From: Mobula hypostoma
Lineage: Eukaryota
DNA length: 64,000 bases
Assembly (NCBI RefSeq): GCF_963921235.1
Contig: NC_086097.1
Location: 30,506,001 to 30,570,000, forward strand
Reading direction: 5' to 3'
Shown here: positions 12,591 to 24,715 of the stretch, in pieces
Layout: each line of letters opens with the position of its first letter
Numbering within the stretch: position 1 is the stretch's first letter
The notes under the pieces: generated by a model
Database searches by the model: none
What the model saw: only the letters and a program-made list of their open reading frames with translations
What the model was told of the DNA's origin: nothing
Program-made: the position numbers and the translations under genes

Positions 12591-13934
12591 AATAAATACA
12601 TAATATAACTGATATTATAAATATCAATACAAATTATATCATAACCAACAGAATTTTCTGCATCTCCTTCATATAACTGCAATGTAACTTCTCCACTCTC
12701 GTCCTTGATGCCGTGAAGTTAAGGTGGGTGAGGAGGCAGACGGAAGGCAGAAAACGCTACTGGTGCATACCGGACAAATGGATTGATCAATTGAGAGCTG
12801 TTGACCAACCACAACAGCAACATCTAGCAAAGAAAACTGCTAGAGGAAATCAGCGAGTCAGTGGCTTCTATGGGCAGGTGGCAGAAGTAATGGTCGGCAT
12901 TTCAGTTTGAGACCCTGCATCGACACTGGACTCAGCAATATCGAGCAGTGGTCTAAGCAGATTCCTCAAGACATATCGTTTAGTACTTCAGTCATACAGC
13001 ATGAAAACAGGCCCTTTGGTTCAACTTGCCCATGCCAACCATGTTGTCCAGTGATCTAGACCCATCTGCCTGCATTTAGTCAGAGCTATAGTGCACTACA
13101 GCACAGACAATGGGCCATTTGGCCCATCTAGTCAATGTCAAACTGTTATTCTGCCTAGTGCCATTGACCCACACCTGAACCACAAACCTCTCTCATCCAT
13201 GTACTCTATCCAAACTTCCGAAATGTTGCAATCAAACTTGCTTCCACCATTTCTGCTGGCTGGTCATTTCACACACACCATCCTATGATTGAAGAAGCCT
13301 CCTCACATTCTCCTTAAATATTTCGCCTTTCATCCATAATCTATGACTTCGCGTTCTAGTCCTACCCAACCGCAGTGGAAAAAGCCCTGTTTGCATTTAC
13401 CCTATCTATACCCCTCATAATTTTGTATACCTCTATCAAATCTCCCCTCATTCTCCTACACTCCAGGGATAAAGTCCTAACCTAATGAACCTTTTCCTAT
13501 AACTCAGGTCCTCAAGTCCTGGCAATATCCTTGTAAATTTTCTCTGCGCTCTTCCAATCTTCTTTATATTATTTCTATAGGCCTCTAAACCTCTTCTACC
13601 TATGTATTTATCTGAATGGCTTTTACGTGTTGTTAATATACCTGTCTCAATCACCATTTCCGGCAGCTTATTTCAAATACATACCACCCTTTGTGTGAAG
13701 CAGCTGCCCCTGATGTCCCCCTGAAATCTCCCACCTCTGATCTTAACTCTGTGAGTTTAACATTTTCTAACTTGAACAAATCAACACATCCTAATGCATA
13801 TCTTTATATAGTTCAGTAAGTTATACGGTAAAAAAAAAAGCACTTCAGCCCACCATGGTCATGCCAACTTTATGCCCATCTACACTAATCCTGTTTGCTT
13901 CAATTAGACCTGTACACTTCTACACCCTTGATTA

Positions 13935-14340
13935 TTCAAACATCTGCCACATTCCCATTCCGGGTCCTCTGTCCACGGCTTCCTTCATTGCCATGAGGAC
14001 AACAAACTCAGGTTGGAGGAGCAGCACCTCATATTCAATCTGGGTAGTCTCCAAACTGATCGTACGAACATCAGTTTCTCCAACTTCTGGTAATTTCTCC
14101 TCTCCCGCGACCCCCTCCCCCCAACTTCCTCTTCTCTTTCTCCATTCCGGTTCCCCTCTCACCCCTCCTCTTCTTCTTACCTGTCCATCACCTCCCTCTG
14201 GTGGCACTCCTTCCCTTTCTTCCATGGACCATTGTCCCCTTCTAACAAATTACTACTCCAGGCCTTAACCTTTCCGATCCATCTCCTCCCAGCTTCTTTC
14301 CTCACTGCCACCCACCCCCCCACAACCTGGTCTCACCATA
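13935..14340 (+). mobile_element. Penelope-like element 3' fragment
   Basis: Similar to 16815-17150 (cactcaggttggaggagcagcacctcatattc...ttctccaacttc, then the pyrimidine-rich UTR). Confidence 0.75.
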
Positions 14341-14990
14341 GACAAGGTGGACAGTAACTGTCTTTTCTTCAGGACAGGGCAGACCAAAACTAGAAGGTAT
14401 AGGGTTAGGGTGAGATAGGATATATGTAAAAGAGAGCTAAGGGACTTGTTTTTTTAAGTGCAGAGGGTGTTGAGTATATGGAATGAGCTTCCAGAGGAAG
14501 TGGTTGAAGTAGGGAAACGTATAATTTAAGTAGTACTTGGATTGGTACATGGAAGGGAGAGGCTTGGAGGAATTTAGCCAAACACAGGAAATTGGGATTG
14601 GCTGGGTGGACACTCTGTTCGGCATAGACTGGTTGGGCAGAGGAGCCTACAGCTGTTAAAAAGCTTCAAGGTTCAAATTTATTTATCACGTTAATAAAAA
14701 CAGTGAAATGGAACATTTGTGTTAACAGCTAACACACACACAAAGGTGTGCTGGGGGTAGCTTGCAAGGGTCGCCACATATTCCAGCCTCAAGTCCCCTG
14801 TCAAGCTCACACTTCTCACCTTAAACCCTATTAGTTTGGAATTTCCCCACAAAGAACAGGCCATGTCCTTCTGAGCAAGGTAAACAGCTTCAACAAAAAC
14901 AGGAATTCTGCAGATGCTGGAAATTCAACTAACACACATCAAAGTTGCTGGTGAACGCAGCAGGCCAGGCAGCATCTCTAGGAAAAGATA

Positions 14991-15028
14991 CAGTCGATGT
15001 TTCAGGCCGAGACCCTTCGTCAGGACCA
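14991..15028 (-). ncRNA. Hammerhead motif copy in the inverted left arm (one stem III mutation)
   Basis: Minus strand GGTC-CTGACGA-AGGGTCTCGGCCT-GAAA-CA-TC-GACT. ACGT has become ACAT, a CpG-type change. Confidence 0.7.
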
Positions 15029-15612
15029 ACTGAAGGAAGAGTTAGTAAGAGATTTGAAAGTGGGAGGGGGAGGGGGAGATCCAAAATGATAGGAGAAGAC
15101 AGGAAGGGGAGGGATGGAGTAAAGAGCTGGACAGGTGATTGGCAAAAGGGGATACGAGACGATCATGGGACAGGAGGCCCAGCGTGAAAGACAAGGGGGC
15201 GGGGGGAACCCAGAGGATGGGCAAGGGGTATAGTCAGAGGGACAGAGGGAGAAAAAGGAGAGTGAAAGAAAGAATGTGTGTATATGAATAAATAACGGAT
15301 GAGGTACGAGGGGGAGGTGGGGCATTAGCGGAAGTTAGAGAAGTCAATGTTCATGCCATCAGGTTGGAGGCTACCCAGACGGAATATAAGGTGTTGCCCC
15401 TCCAACCTGAGTGTGGCTTCATCTTTACAGTAGAGGAGGCCGTGGATAGACATGTCAGAATGGGAATGGGATGTGGAATTAAAAAGTGTGGCCACTGGGA
15501 GATCCTGCTTTCTCTGGCGGACAGAGCGTAGGTGTTCAGCAAAGTGGTCTCCCAGTCTGCGTCGGGACTCGCCAATATATAGAAGGCCACATCGGGAGCA
15601 CCGGACGCAGTA

Positions 15613-16961
15613 ACTCCCTATATACTTCCATCCCCCATCAGGAAGGTCTTAAAGTTCTCCACTTCTTTTTGGATTCCAGACCTAATCAGTCCCCCTCTAC
15701 CACCACTCTGCTCCGTCTAGTGGAATTAGTCCTTACTCTTAATAATTTCTCCTTTGGCTCCTCCCACTTCCTCCAAACTAAAGGTGTAGCTATGGGCACC
15801 CGTATGGGTTCCAGCTATGCCTGCCTTTTTGTTGGCTTTCTGGAACAATCTATGTTCCGTGCCTATTCTGGTATCTGTCCCCTACTTTTCCTTCGCTACA
15901 TCGACGACTGCATTGGCGCTGCTTCCTGCATGCATGCTGAGCTCGTTGACTTTATTAACTTTGCCTCCAACTTTCACCCTGCCCTCAAGTTTACCTGGTC
16001 CATTTCCGACACCTCCCTCCCCTTTCTAGATCTTTCTGTCTCTGTCTCTGGAGACAGCTTATCCACTGACGTCTACTATAAGCCTACTGACTCTCACAGC
16101 TATCTGGACTATTCCTCTTCTCACCCTGTCTCTTGCAAAAATGCCATCCCCTTCTCGCAATTCCTCCGTCTCCGCCGCATCTGCTCTCAGGATGAGGCTT
16201 TTCGTTCCAGGACGAGGGAGATGTCCTCCTTTTTTAAAGAAAAGGGCTTCCCTTCCTCCACCATCAACTCTGCTCTCAAGCGCATCTCCCCCATTTCATG
16301 CACATCTGCTCTCACTCCATCCTCCTGCCACCCCACTAGGAATAGGGTTCCCCTGGTCCTCACCTACCACCCCACCAGCCTCCGGGTCCAACATATTATT
16401 CTCCGTAACTTCCGCCACCTCCAATGGGATCCCACCACTAAACACATCTTTCCCTCCCCCCACCCCGCTTTCCGCAGGGATCGCCCTCTAGGCGATTCCC
16501 TTGCCTATTCATCCCCCCCATCCCTCCCCACTGATCTCCCTCCTGGCACTTATCCTTGTAAGTGGAACAAGTGCTACACATGCCCTTACACTTCCTCGCT
16601 CACCACCATTCAGGGCCCCAGACAGTCCTTCCAGGTGAGGCAACACTTCACCTGTGAGTCGGCTGGGGTGATATACTGCATCTGGTGCTCCCGATGTGGC
16701 CTTCTATATATTGGCAAGACCCGACGCAGACTGGGAGACCGCTTTGCTGAACACCTACACTCTGTCCGCCAGAGAAAGCAGGATCTCCCAGTGGCCACAC
16801 ATTTTAATTCCACATCCCATTCCCATTCTGACATGTCTATCCACGGCCTCCTCTACTGTAAAGATGAAGCCACACTCAGGTTGGAGGAACAACACCTTAT
16901 ATTCTGTCTGGGTAGCCTCCAACCTGATGGCATGAACATCGACTTCTCTAACTTCCGCTAA
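15613..16961 (+). pseudogene. Truncated Penelope RT/GIY-YIG ORF (open from SLYTSIPH to the stop, N-terminus missing)
   Basis: Uninterrupted frame with RT motifs B and C, thumb, Cys-rich linker and GIY-YIG. It begins just after the motif-A aspartate position (normally D-x-x-SLYT). The first ~42 codons of the track ORF 15486..16961 come from the antisense arm. Confidence 0.9.
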
Positions 16962-17237
16962 TGCCCCACCTCCCCCTCGTACCCCATCCGTTATTTATTC
17001 ATATACACACATTCTTTCTTTCACTCTCCTTTTTCTCCCTCTGTCCCTCTGACTATACCCCTTGCCCATCCTCTGGTTCTCCCTGGGCCTCCTGTCCCAT
17101 GATCCTCTCGTATCCCCTTTTGCCTATCACCTGTCCGACTCTTGGCTCCATCCCTCCCCCTCCTGTCTTCTCCTATCATTTCAGATCTCCCCCTCCCCCT
17201 CCCACTTTCAAATCTCTTGCTAACTCTTCCTTCAGTT

Positions 17238-17273
17238 AGTCCTGACGAAGGGTCTCGGCCTGAAACGTCGACT
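17238..17273 (+). ncRNA. Minimal type-I hammerhead ribozyme motif in the Penelope pseudo-LTR
   Basis: AGTC-CTGACGA-AGGGTCTCGGCCT-GAAA-CG-TC-GACT. Stem I AGUC/GACU, core CUGANGA and GAAA, short stem II, palindromic ACGU stem III, GUC triplet (predicted cut after 17269). Confidence 0.85.
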
Positions 17274-18899
17274 GTACCTCTTCCTTGAGATGCTGCCTGG
17301 CCTGCTGCATTCACCAGCAACTTTGATGTGTGTTGGTTGAAGGTAAACAGCTTGTTGCTTTTCACATTTAATCATTTGAGATTGTTTTTTTTCCAAAGAA
17401 AGGGCCATGAAAGCATAGCCCACCACACCCAAACCTAACAACCATCTTGGGAACTGAGGAAGTGGAGAGTTAATGGTGTATAACTGTTTCAGGCATCTGA
17501 GAATAACTTGCTGGAAAATGAGACAAAATGGGCTCCAGGGTAACTGATCCCAGAGAGCTGAAGAGAGCATCTGTAACACCAGTGCCTATTCCTGCAATGT
17601 CATGCTGCAGTGCATTTGGCTCAACAAGCTGGTGTGTGGGGCCTCATGTGCATTCTTCAATATTTAATGATTCGGTGTATTATTACAGACCTTCCTGCTT
17701 GTGCTCATCATATCTCTCTGGATGAGGGCTGGAACTGGTTCAATCTCTAAAAGGCAGTGTATCAGGTGATCAAAGTCTTCCTGTAGTGAGGTCCCCACTG
17801 ACTGCAATTATTCACATCAACTGCCCGATCCTTCGCCCATCCCCTCCCTCTGCCCCTACCAGATCCGTACGAGTCTGCAAAGAACAAGACCTACTGAGTA
17901 TTTATCTCTCTTCAGTCAGTTCATTCTAAACCACAGAATGGTTTTGGGCAGGAAACCAGTTGGCAGGGAAGACTTATTGAAACCTATCAAATACTGAAAG
18001 GATTGGATAGAGTGGATGTTTCCTATAGGAGGGAGTCTCGGACCAGAGGGCATAGCCTCAGAATAGAACATCCCTTTAGAACCAAGATGAGGAGGAATTT
18101 CTTCAGCCAGATGTTTGAAGGGGCCAAATCACTGGATACATTTAAAGCAGAGGTCGACAGGCCCTTCATTGATTTGTAAGGGGGTTGAGGGTTATTGGGA
18201 GAAGGCAGGAGAATGGGGTTGAGAGGAATAATAAATCAACCATGACGGAATGGGAGAGCAGACTCCATGGGCAAATGGGCTAATTCCTTAAGACTAGTTC
18301 AACTGGCTCAAACAGTGCCTTCCTTGAATTGTATGTGTGTTCTAGGTACTTCCTGTCTTAAAAAGGAATTTAGGAAAAATTAAAACGCATTCCACCGGCA
18401 GCAAATTTTCCACATAGGGACTGACTACATGGAGTGAAAAATGTTTCTGGCCTTTTACAGCAATATTGAACAGGATGGAGTTGCTTGAGACAACAATGGA
18501 ATTAAATTCCAGGTCCATTTCTTGCTATAAATAACCGATGTTGTAAAAACAGAGCAAAAATCAAAAGTGCCCACACACCAGGAAGGAAAAGAGATTCAAC
18601 ACAAAACAGGAAGGCATCAAGGGTTCTTAAAGAAAAGACTCAAATGCAATTTAATTTGCTGCATTCAAAGTTCAAAGTACATTTCTTATCAAAGTATGTA
18701 TACCATGTACAATCTTGAGATTCATCTTTTTGCAGGCAGCCAGAAAACAAAGAAACACAATAGAACCCACTAAAAACAAAAAACACTACACAATCTGGTG
18801 AAAAGTTTGGGTATTTTTTTTAAATTAGAAGAGAAAATTCTGGAAATACAATACTACTCTTTGAGAGGAAAATTTAATTCAGACACTTCAAAATTAAAC

Positions 18900-19545
18900 A
18901 TTTTGCTGAGTCTTGAGGATCTGAGTTATAGGGAAAGGTAGAATAGGTTATGAGTTTATTCCCTGGAACATAGGAGGAGGAGGAAGATTTTAAAGAGGTA
19001 TACAAAATTATGAGGGATATAGAGAAGGTAAATGCAAGTAGGCTTCTTCCACTGAGTTTAACTAGGACTAAAATCAGAGCTCATTGATCAAGGGCAAATT
19101 CAATTTTAAGTAAATACTTCATCTTTAAAAGAAACATGAAGGGGAACTTCTTCACTCAGAGTATGGTACACGTGTGGAACGAGCTGCCAGAAGCGGTAGA
19201 TGTGGGTTTGATTTCCACATTCCAGGGAAGTTTGGAGGGATGGGAAGGGTATGGCGGCCCAAGGAACTAGGCAGAATATAACAGCTTGGCATGACAAGAT
19301 GTCCCGCTTGGTGGCATAATAATCAGTGCTGGACTCCAGAGCAAAGGTTCCCGAGTTTGAATCCAAGTCGGATTGAGTGTTGAGCTAGCAACTCGGCCTC
19401 GTAAAAACAAGAATAGCTTGCTGCAGAAACACCGTCATGACAGTGCCTCAAAAACTCCACTGTCGAGTTAAGAGCTATTCTTCTTCTCTTCTTCATAACT
19501 AGATGGGTTGCAAGACCTGTTTCTGTGCTGTAGTTCTCTATGACT
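18900..19545 (+). mobile_element. CR1 3' fragment containing a nested SINE
   Basis: DLSYRER..RL...NFFTQ..V..WNELPE remnant and 3' UTR. Confidence 0.75.
19302..19493 (+). mobile_element. tRNA-derived SINE with (CTT)n tail, inserted in a CR1 3' UTR
   Basis: A-box/B-box-like head (tggtggcataat...gagtttgaatcc) and tail ttcttcttctcttctt. Degenerate TSD catgacaagatg (19290-19301) / cataactagatg (19494-19505). Confidence 0.65.
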
Positions 19546-19939
19546 GACAGTATTTTTTAGGTTCTTCTTTAATATTTTCAACCTTTGTAATGGCCTCAAG
19601 TTATCCAACCAGAAATCTCAATGAAAACTTTTCCCCAACAGAATGGTAAAAAAATCAACATTTCAACTTAAAACCCAGAGTGCCACATAGTTCTCGTCAG
19701 TAAGGTTGCAACACCCACTGAGACGTAGGTAGATTCAGGCAACATCCCAATAGCATAGAGCTATATCTCTGGAACATCATTATTTTCCCCGATGACGTCA
19801 GGGTAGCAATTAAGACCAGACTGACTTTCCCAGTGAAAGGGATCCAGATACAGGGTCTGAACCAGAAACACTGACCATCCTTCTGCCTCTAAAAATACCA
19901 TTTTGCCCACTGAGTTCCCCCAGCAGTTTGCTTTAGAAC

Positions 19940-20585
19940 GCAGAACAGTACAGGGACGTCGGCCCACAAATGTGTGTTAACTCCTGAACATGCTCCAAGA
20001 TCAATCTAGCCTCTTTCACCTATATAGCCCTCTATTTTTCTTTTATCCATTTGCCAAAAAGTGTCTTAAATAAACATGATGTATCTGCATCTACTATCAC
20101 TCCTGGCAGGGCGTTCCAAGCTTGCACCACTCTGTAAGAAACCTACCTCTGACATCACCCCTATACTTTCATCCACTCACTTTAAAATTATGAGCTCTTG
20201 TATTAGCCATTTCCACCCTTTGAAAAGTCTCCAGCTGTCCATTTTATCTATGCCTTTAATCATCTTGTACACTTCTATCAAGTCACATCTCATCCTCCTT
20301 CACTTCAAAGAGAAAAGCCCCAGCTCACTTAACCTTTTCTCATAAGACATGCTCTCTAATCCAGACAGCATCCTGCCAAATCTTCTCTATCCTCTCTAAG
20401 GCTTCCACATCCTTCCTATAATGATGTGACCAGAACTGAACACAATTCCCCAAGTATGGTCTAGTAAGAGTTTTATACAGCTACAACATTAATTTGCGGC
20501 TCTTGATCTCAGTCCTCCGATTAATGAAGGCCAACACACCAAAAGCCTTGTTAACCATTTATCCACTTGCACAGCAACTTTGAGG
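19940..20585 (-). mobile_element. CR1 3' fragment
   Basis: Reverse complement of a CR1 ORF2 C-terminus and UTR (gaccagaactgaacacaat..., agaacagtacagg tail). Confidence 0.8.
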
Positions 20586-21124
20586 TAACTTTTACGGATA
20601 AAAGGGCATTTTTTCATCCACAAACATATCACAAGTAAATCACTATTGAGCAAGACCAGTATTTTGCCTACATGTTGAACAAAGGTAATTTTAAAAAAAG
20701 AGAAAAAGTCAAAAATAAATTTATAACCAAGTACGTTCAGGTCACCACATCATACCAAGGTTCATTTTCTTGCAGGCATTTACAGGAAAATAGACATGCA
20801 ATAGAATTTATGAAAAAACTATACATAAAGATTCATAAACAAATGTACTAAAGACAAATCATGCAAATAATAAAAGAACAAATAAATAATACAAAGAACA
20901 TGAGTTGCAGAGTGCTTGAAAGAGTCAATTCAACACCAAGGTGAATGAAGTTATCCACACTGGTTCTGGATCCTGATGGTTGGGGAGTGGGGGGAGGGTG
21001 GGTAAAGCACACCCCCACCCAACACACACACACAAAATGCTAGAGGATCTAAGCAACTCAAACAGTATCTATGGAGGGGAATAATAGATGACATTCTGGA
21101 GTGGACTCTCGAGTTTCAGCACAA

Positions 21125-21700
21125 AACAAGACAACTGGTGGCAGAATCTCAGATGGTGATGTGAAAGTGTACAAGAGTGAGAAAGATTGACTGGTGTCAC
21201 AACAACTTTGCACTCAACATCAGTAAGACCAAAGGATTGATTGTGGATTTCAGGAAGGGGAAAATGGGAGAACACACATCAGTCCTCATTTAGGGATCAG
21301 CAGTGGAAAAGGTAAGCAGCGTCAAGCTCTTGGGTATTTAGATCTTTGAAGATCTATCCTGGGCACAACACACTGATGCAGTTACAAAGACACACATGCA
21401 GCTAGTATATTTCATTATGTGTCTGGGAAGATTTGGCTATGTAACCAAGGACTCTAGCAGATTTCTACAGATGCACCGTGGAAAGCATTCCAACTGGCTG
21501 TATCACTATCTGGTATAGGGGTGCCACTGCACAGGATTGGAAAAAGCTACAGAGGGTTGTAAACTCAGACAGTTCCATCATGGGCACTAGCCTCCCACCA
21601 CTCAAGCCGGCAGCATCCATCTTCAAGTACATTCACCACCCAGGACATGCCATCTTCTTATTATTACCATCAGGGCAGAGGTACAGGAGGCTGAAATCAC
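21125..21700 (+). mobile_element. Rex1/Babar-type LINE 3' coding fragment
   Basis: LNISKTK.LIVDFRK; ESIPTGCITIWY...KKLQRVV...HPGHAIF.LLPSGQRYR. Confidence 0.8.
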
Positions 21701-22802
21701 TGTTTTTTGAACACAAGCACATGCAACTGATGCTATTTAAAAACTATTCACACTAAGCATAGTGCAGCATTTAATGGCCACAAAGGTGCACATAACTGAC
21801 GAGAGTTAAAAAACTGTTCAGCAAAAGTCTCCTGTCCCAATTAAGTAGCACAGAGTCCTAAATAAAGGAAGGGAACCCCAGATATTTACTTGATTAGTGT
21901 TTTTATCTTTAAGAATTATTCCTAATAAACGGCTGCCCTGATCAACCGAAGGTCCAATTAACTGGAATCCATCAATTTTGTTTTTAATTGTCACGTACTT
22001 GTAATATTTTTATGTACCACACTGTATTGCTGCTGCAAAACAACATATTTCACAACATATGACAGTGATAATAAACTTGAATCTGATTCTGAGGTGGTCT
22101 AATCTCATTGAGGCCAGACCACCTTCCAAGACACTGATGAGGCCAACAGGATTCATAGCAATCCAGTATCATTCTGGTCACTTTTATCAAGACCTACCTA
22201 CTTCATTTTACATAATTTCTTCGATTTACGTCCCAGAGATGCAGTGATGTAATGCAAACTCAACTTTCCACGTACAGGTTCAGAAAGATCATCACATTTC
22301 CATCATACTCTTTAACCATCAGACCAGTCAACGACTTCCGACAGTGAGCTCAGACGACTTCAGTCCTTCCTTCAAAACATCACAGACTTGAGAAAACAAT
22401 TACTAAAAGTAGAAGTATTGCAAAACTTGCTTACAAGTAGAGAAGGGGTCACCCTCCGGAGAAAGGAAACACATGGAGAATAAGGACTATAAACACAGTT
22501 GTATTAATGGACACAATAGAAGCCAGTGCTTTATTTAGATGTGTCCCTGGACATGGGGAGACTTCCAGTGATGACGTGCACTAGTAGTAGTGAACAACAT
22601 CTCATTCTGTGATACCCGTGACTGTCTGGCTCAAAGCACCACAGTGGCAGGTTTTCAACCAAGCTGGGCATGCCAAAGGCTTCACGTCATCTTAGAGAAA
22701 TTGGAGGAAGGAGAACGTAGGAGGGAATGTAAAATTTAGTAAGAATTTTGATAGCCTTTCATATCCCACAAAGCTCTAAACAGCTTGACGGACAAATCAG
22801 CC

Positions 22803-22980
22803 ACACATAAAATATTGGAGGTACACAGCAGGTCAGGCAGCATGTACAGAGGCGAATAAACAGTTGACATTTGGGGCTGAGATGCTTCATTTGGACTGGA
22901 AGGGGAAAGAACACAATAAGGTGAGGGGAGGGGGAGGAGTACAAGCTTGGCCAGTGATAGGTGAGAGCAGGTGAGGGAGA
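22803..22980 (-). mobile_element. Penelope terminal module, degenerate
   Basis: cagcaggtcaggcagcat...cagttgacatttggggctgagatgcttcatttggactgg, followed by the purine-rich complement of the UTR. Confidence 0.7.
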
Positions 22981-24414
22981 TTGCAGCTCAGACTTTGGTG
23001 ATTTTTTTTTCCTTTTAAAAGGTGTAGGGATGGTTTTGGGGACAGAGAGGGGAGTTAGAAGTCAGGTTAGAGTCCAGAGACAATGATGTTAGGGAGTGAG
23101 AGATCAGATGAAAGGGACGCAAAAGAGTTAAGAGGTCAGGCCTCCCCTCTACATCCTTTCTCTTTGTCACCTGTCCACATCGCTGGAGTTCTGTGCATTT
23201 CACTTTAAGTTTCAATGCACCCATGATAAATTAATCAGAATCAGAGCCCTACAAACTTACTTCCTTTCAGACACTTACTAATACCCTACTGAACTGAAAA
23301 CAATAAAACATACCATAAGCGGAACTCAATCCAGAACATGCTGCAACGCTCTGCCTCAGCAGATGCTACCTGACCAGCTGAGCCCCACCAGTAGTTTGGT
23401 TTTTGGATTACAGTAACTCCCTACTGAACTGAATCCAACTCTGCCAGTACCCACGATAGCACTTTCAGACACCATTTACTTAAAACAATAAAAAAAACCT
23501 TGCCACTTTACAAGGATACTGCCTGAATGAAATGGCTCAAGTTATAGGGAGAGGTATTTTTAGTTGCAATTTGTCCTGCACGATGTTGTTTGTTAGTCTC
23601 TTTCTGTATAGTTTTTCATAAGTTACGTTGTGTTTCTTTATTTTCCTATAAATGCCTGCAAGAAAATGAATCTCAAGAGAGCATATGGTGACACATACAT
23701 TGATAATAAATTTACTTTGCAGTTGGCCATGGTGGATCTTTATTTCTTGGAGCATAGGGGAATGAGTTTATTAAATGAGGTGTACGGATAATGTGGTCGC
23801 TTATAGTTTTTTTCCCCAAGGTTAAGGAGTTCAAAACTCGAGGGCACAGACACAATACAAGACAGGAAAGATTTAAAAGATACCAGAAAAGCAACTTCTT
23901 TATACAGAGGTTAGTAAGCACCTGGAATGAGCTGCAAGAGGAAATGGCCCAGGCAGATGCAATTGCAGCATTTAAAAGGCATTTGGATAGGTGCATGGCA
24001 GGGAGCAGCTTGAAGGGTTATGGGGCAAACTTGGGCATCTGGGACAAGCAGAAAAAAATGCTGTGGTTAGCCTTGACTAGTTGGGCCGAAGGGCCTGCTC
24101 CCATGCTGTATGACTCCATGGAAACTGGGAACTAAAAACCGTATGTAGAAAGATGGCAACTTTCAACAACAGAATCAGACTCCTTATACTTCTCAAAAAT
24201 AGCTCACTAGGCATGGAATACAGGAAATGCTATATTAAGGCAAATTGTTTCTATTTGTTCTGTTATGGGAACTCGCTTACAATTCAAGCCAAAGTTCCCA
24301 CCACCACGACCAAAAATAGATTAAAGGGGTCACTCATCACATTGCTGTTTAATTGATCTTGCTGTGCACAGAGATTGCTACAGCGGCAACGGAACAACCA
24401 CTGCACTGCCAAGC

Positions 24415-24715
24415 AAGCAGCGTGGTAGCGTACTGGTTAATGTAACGCTTTACAGCACCAGGAACTGGACTCAATTTTTGCCACTGTTTGAGAGAAGATT
24501 GTACTCCTTCCCATCATGGTGTGGGTTTCCACTGCGTGCTCTGGTTTCCCCTCATGTTCCAAAGATGTGTGGGTCAGGGTTAATGAGCTGTGAGCATGCT
24601 ATGTTGGCACTAGAAGCATGGCGACACTAGCAGGCTGCTCACTGTTGGTTGTTGACGCAAACAATACACTTCATAAGTTTCCATGTACATGTGACAAATA
24701 AAAAAACTAATCTTA
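24415..24715 (+). mobile_element. V-SINE/HE1-type SINE
   Basis: gcagcgtggtagcgtactggtta head, central V-like domain, catgtgacaaataaaa tail. Confidence 0.75.

Larger units (their letters stand above)
14891..17339 (+). mobile_element. Penelope-like retroelement (probably Neptune type), 5'-truncated, with an inverted copy of its 3' end (inverted pseudo-LTR arrangement)
   Basis: 14-bp TSD aaggtaaacagctt at 14877-14890 and 17340-17353. The left arm (14891-~15612) is the reverse complement of ~16674-17339 plus a ~35-nt extension. The internal frame encodes RT (GVAMGT, YIDD), a Cys-rich linker (CKWNKCYTCPY) and a GIY-YIG endonuclease (GVIYCIWCSRCGLLYIGKT...R..EH). Confidence 0.95.

Noticed and set aside
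15486..16961. 491-aa ORF as an intact or domesticated gene
   Set aside because: The start and first ~42 codons come from the antisense arm of the inversion, and the RT N-terminus and motif-A Asp are missing.
23150..23225. Possible jagged exon 6 (ctttgtcac = minus-strand ..DK end)
   Set aside because: The surrounding sequence does not encode the EGF cysteine pattern and has no suitable donor.
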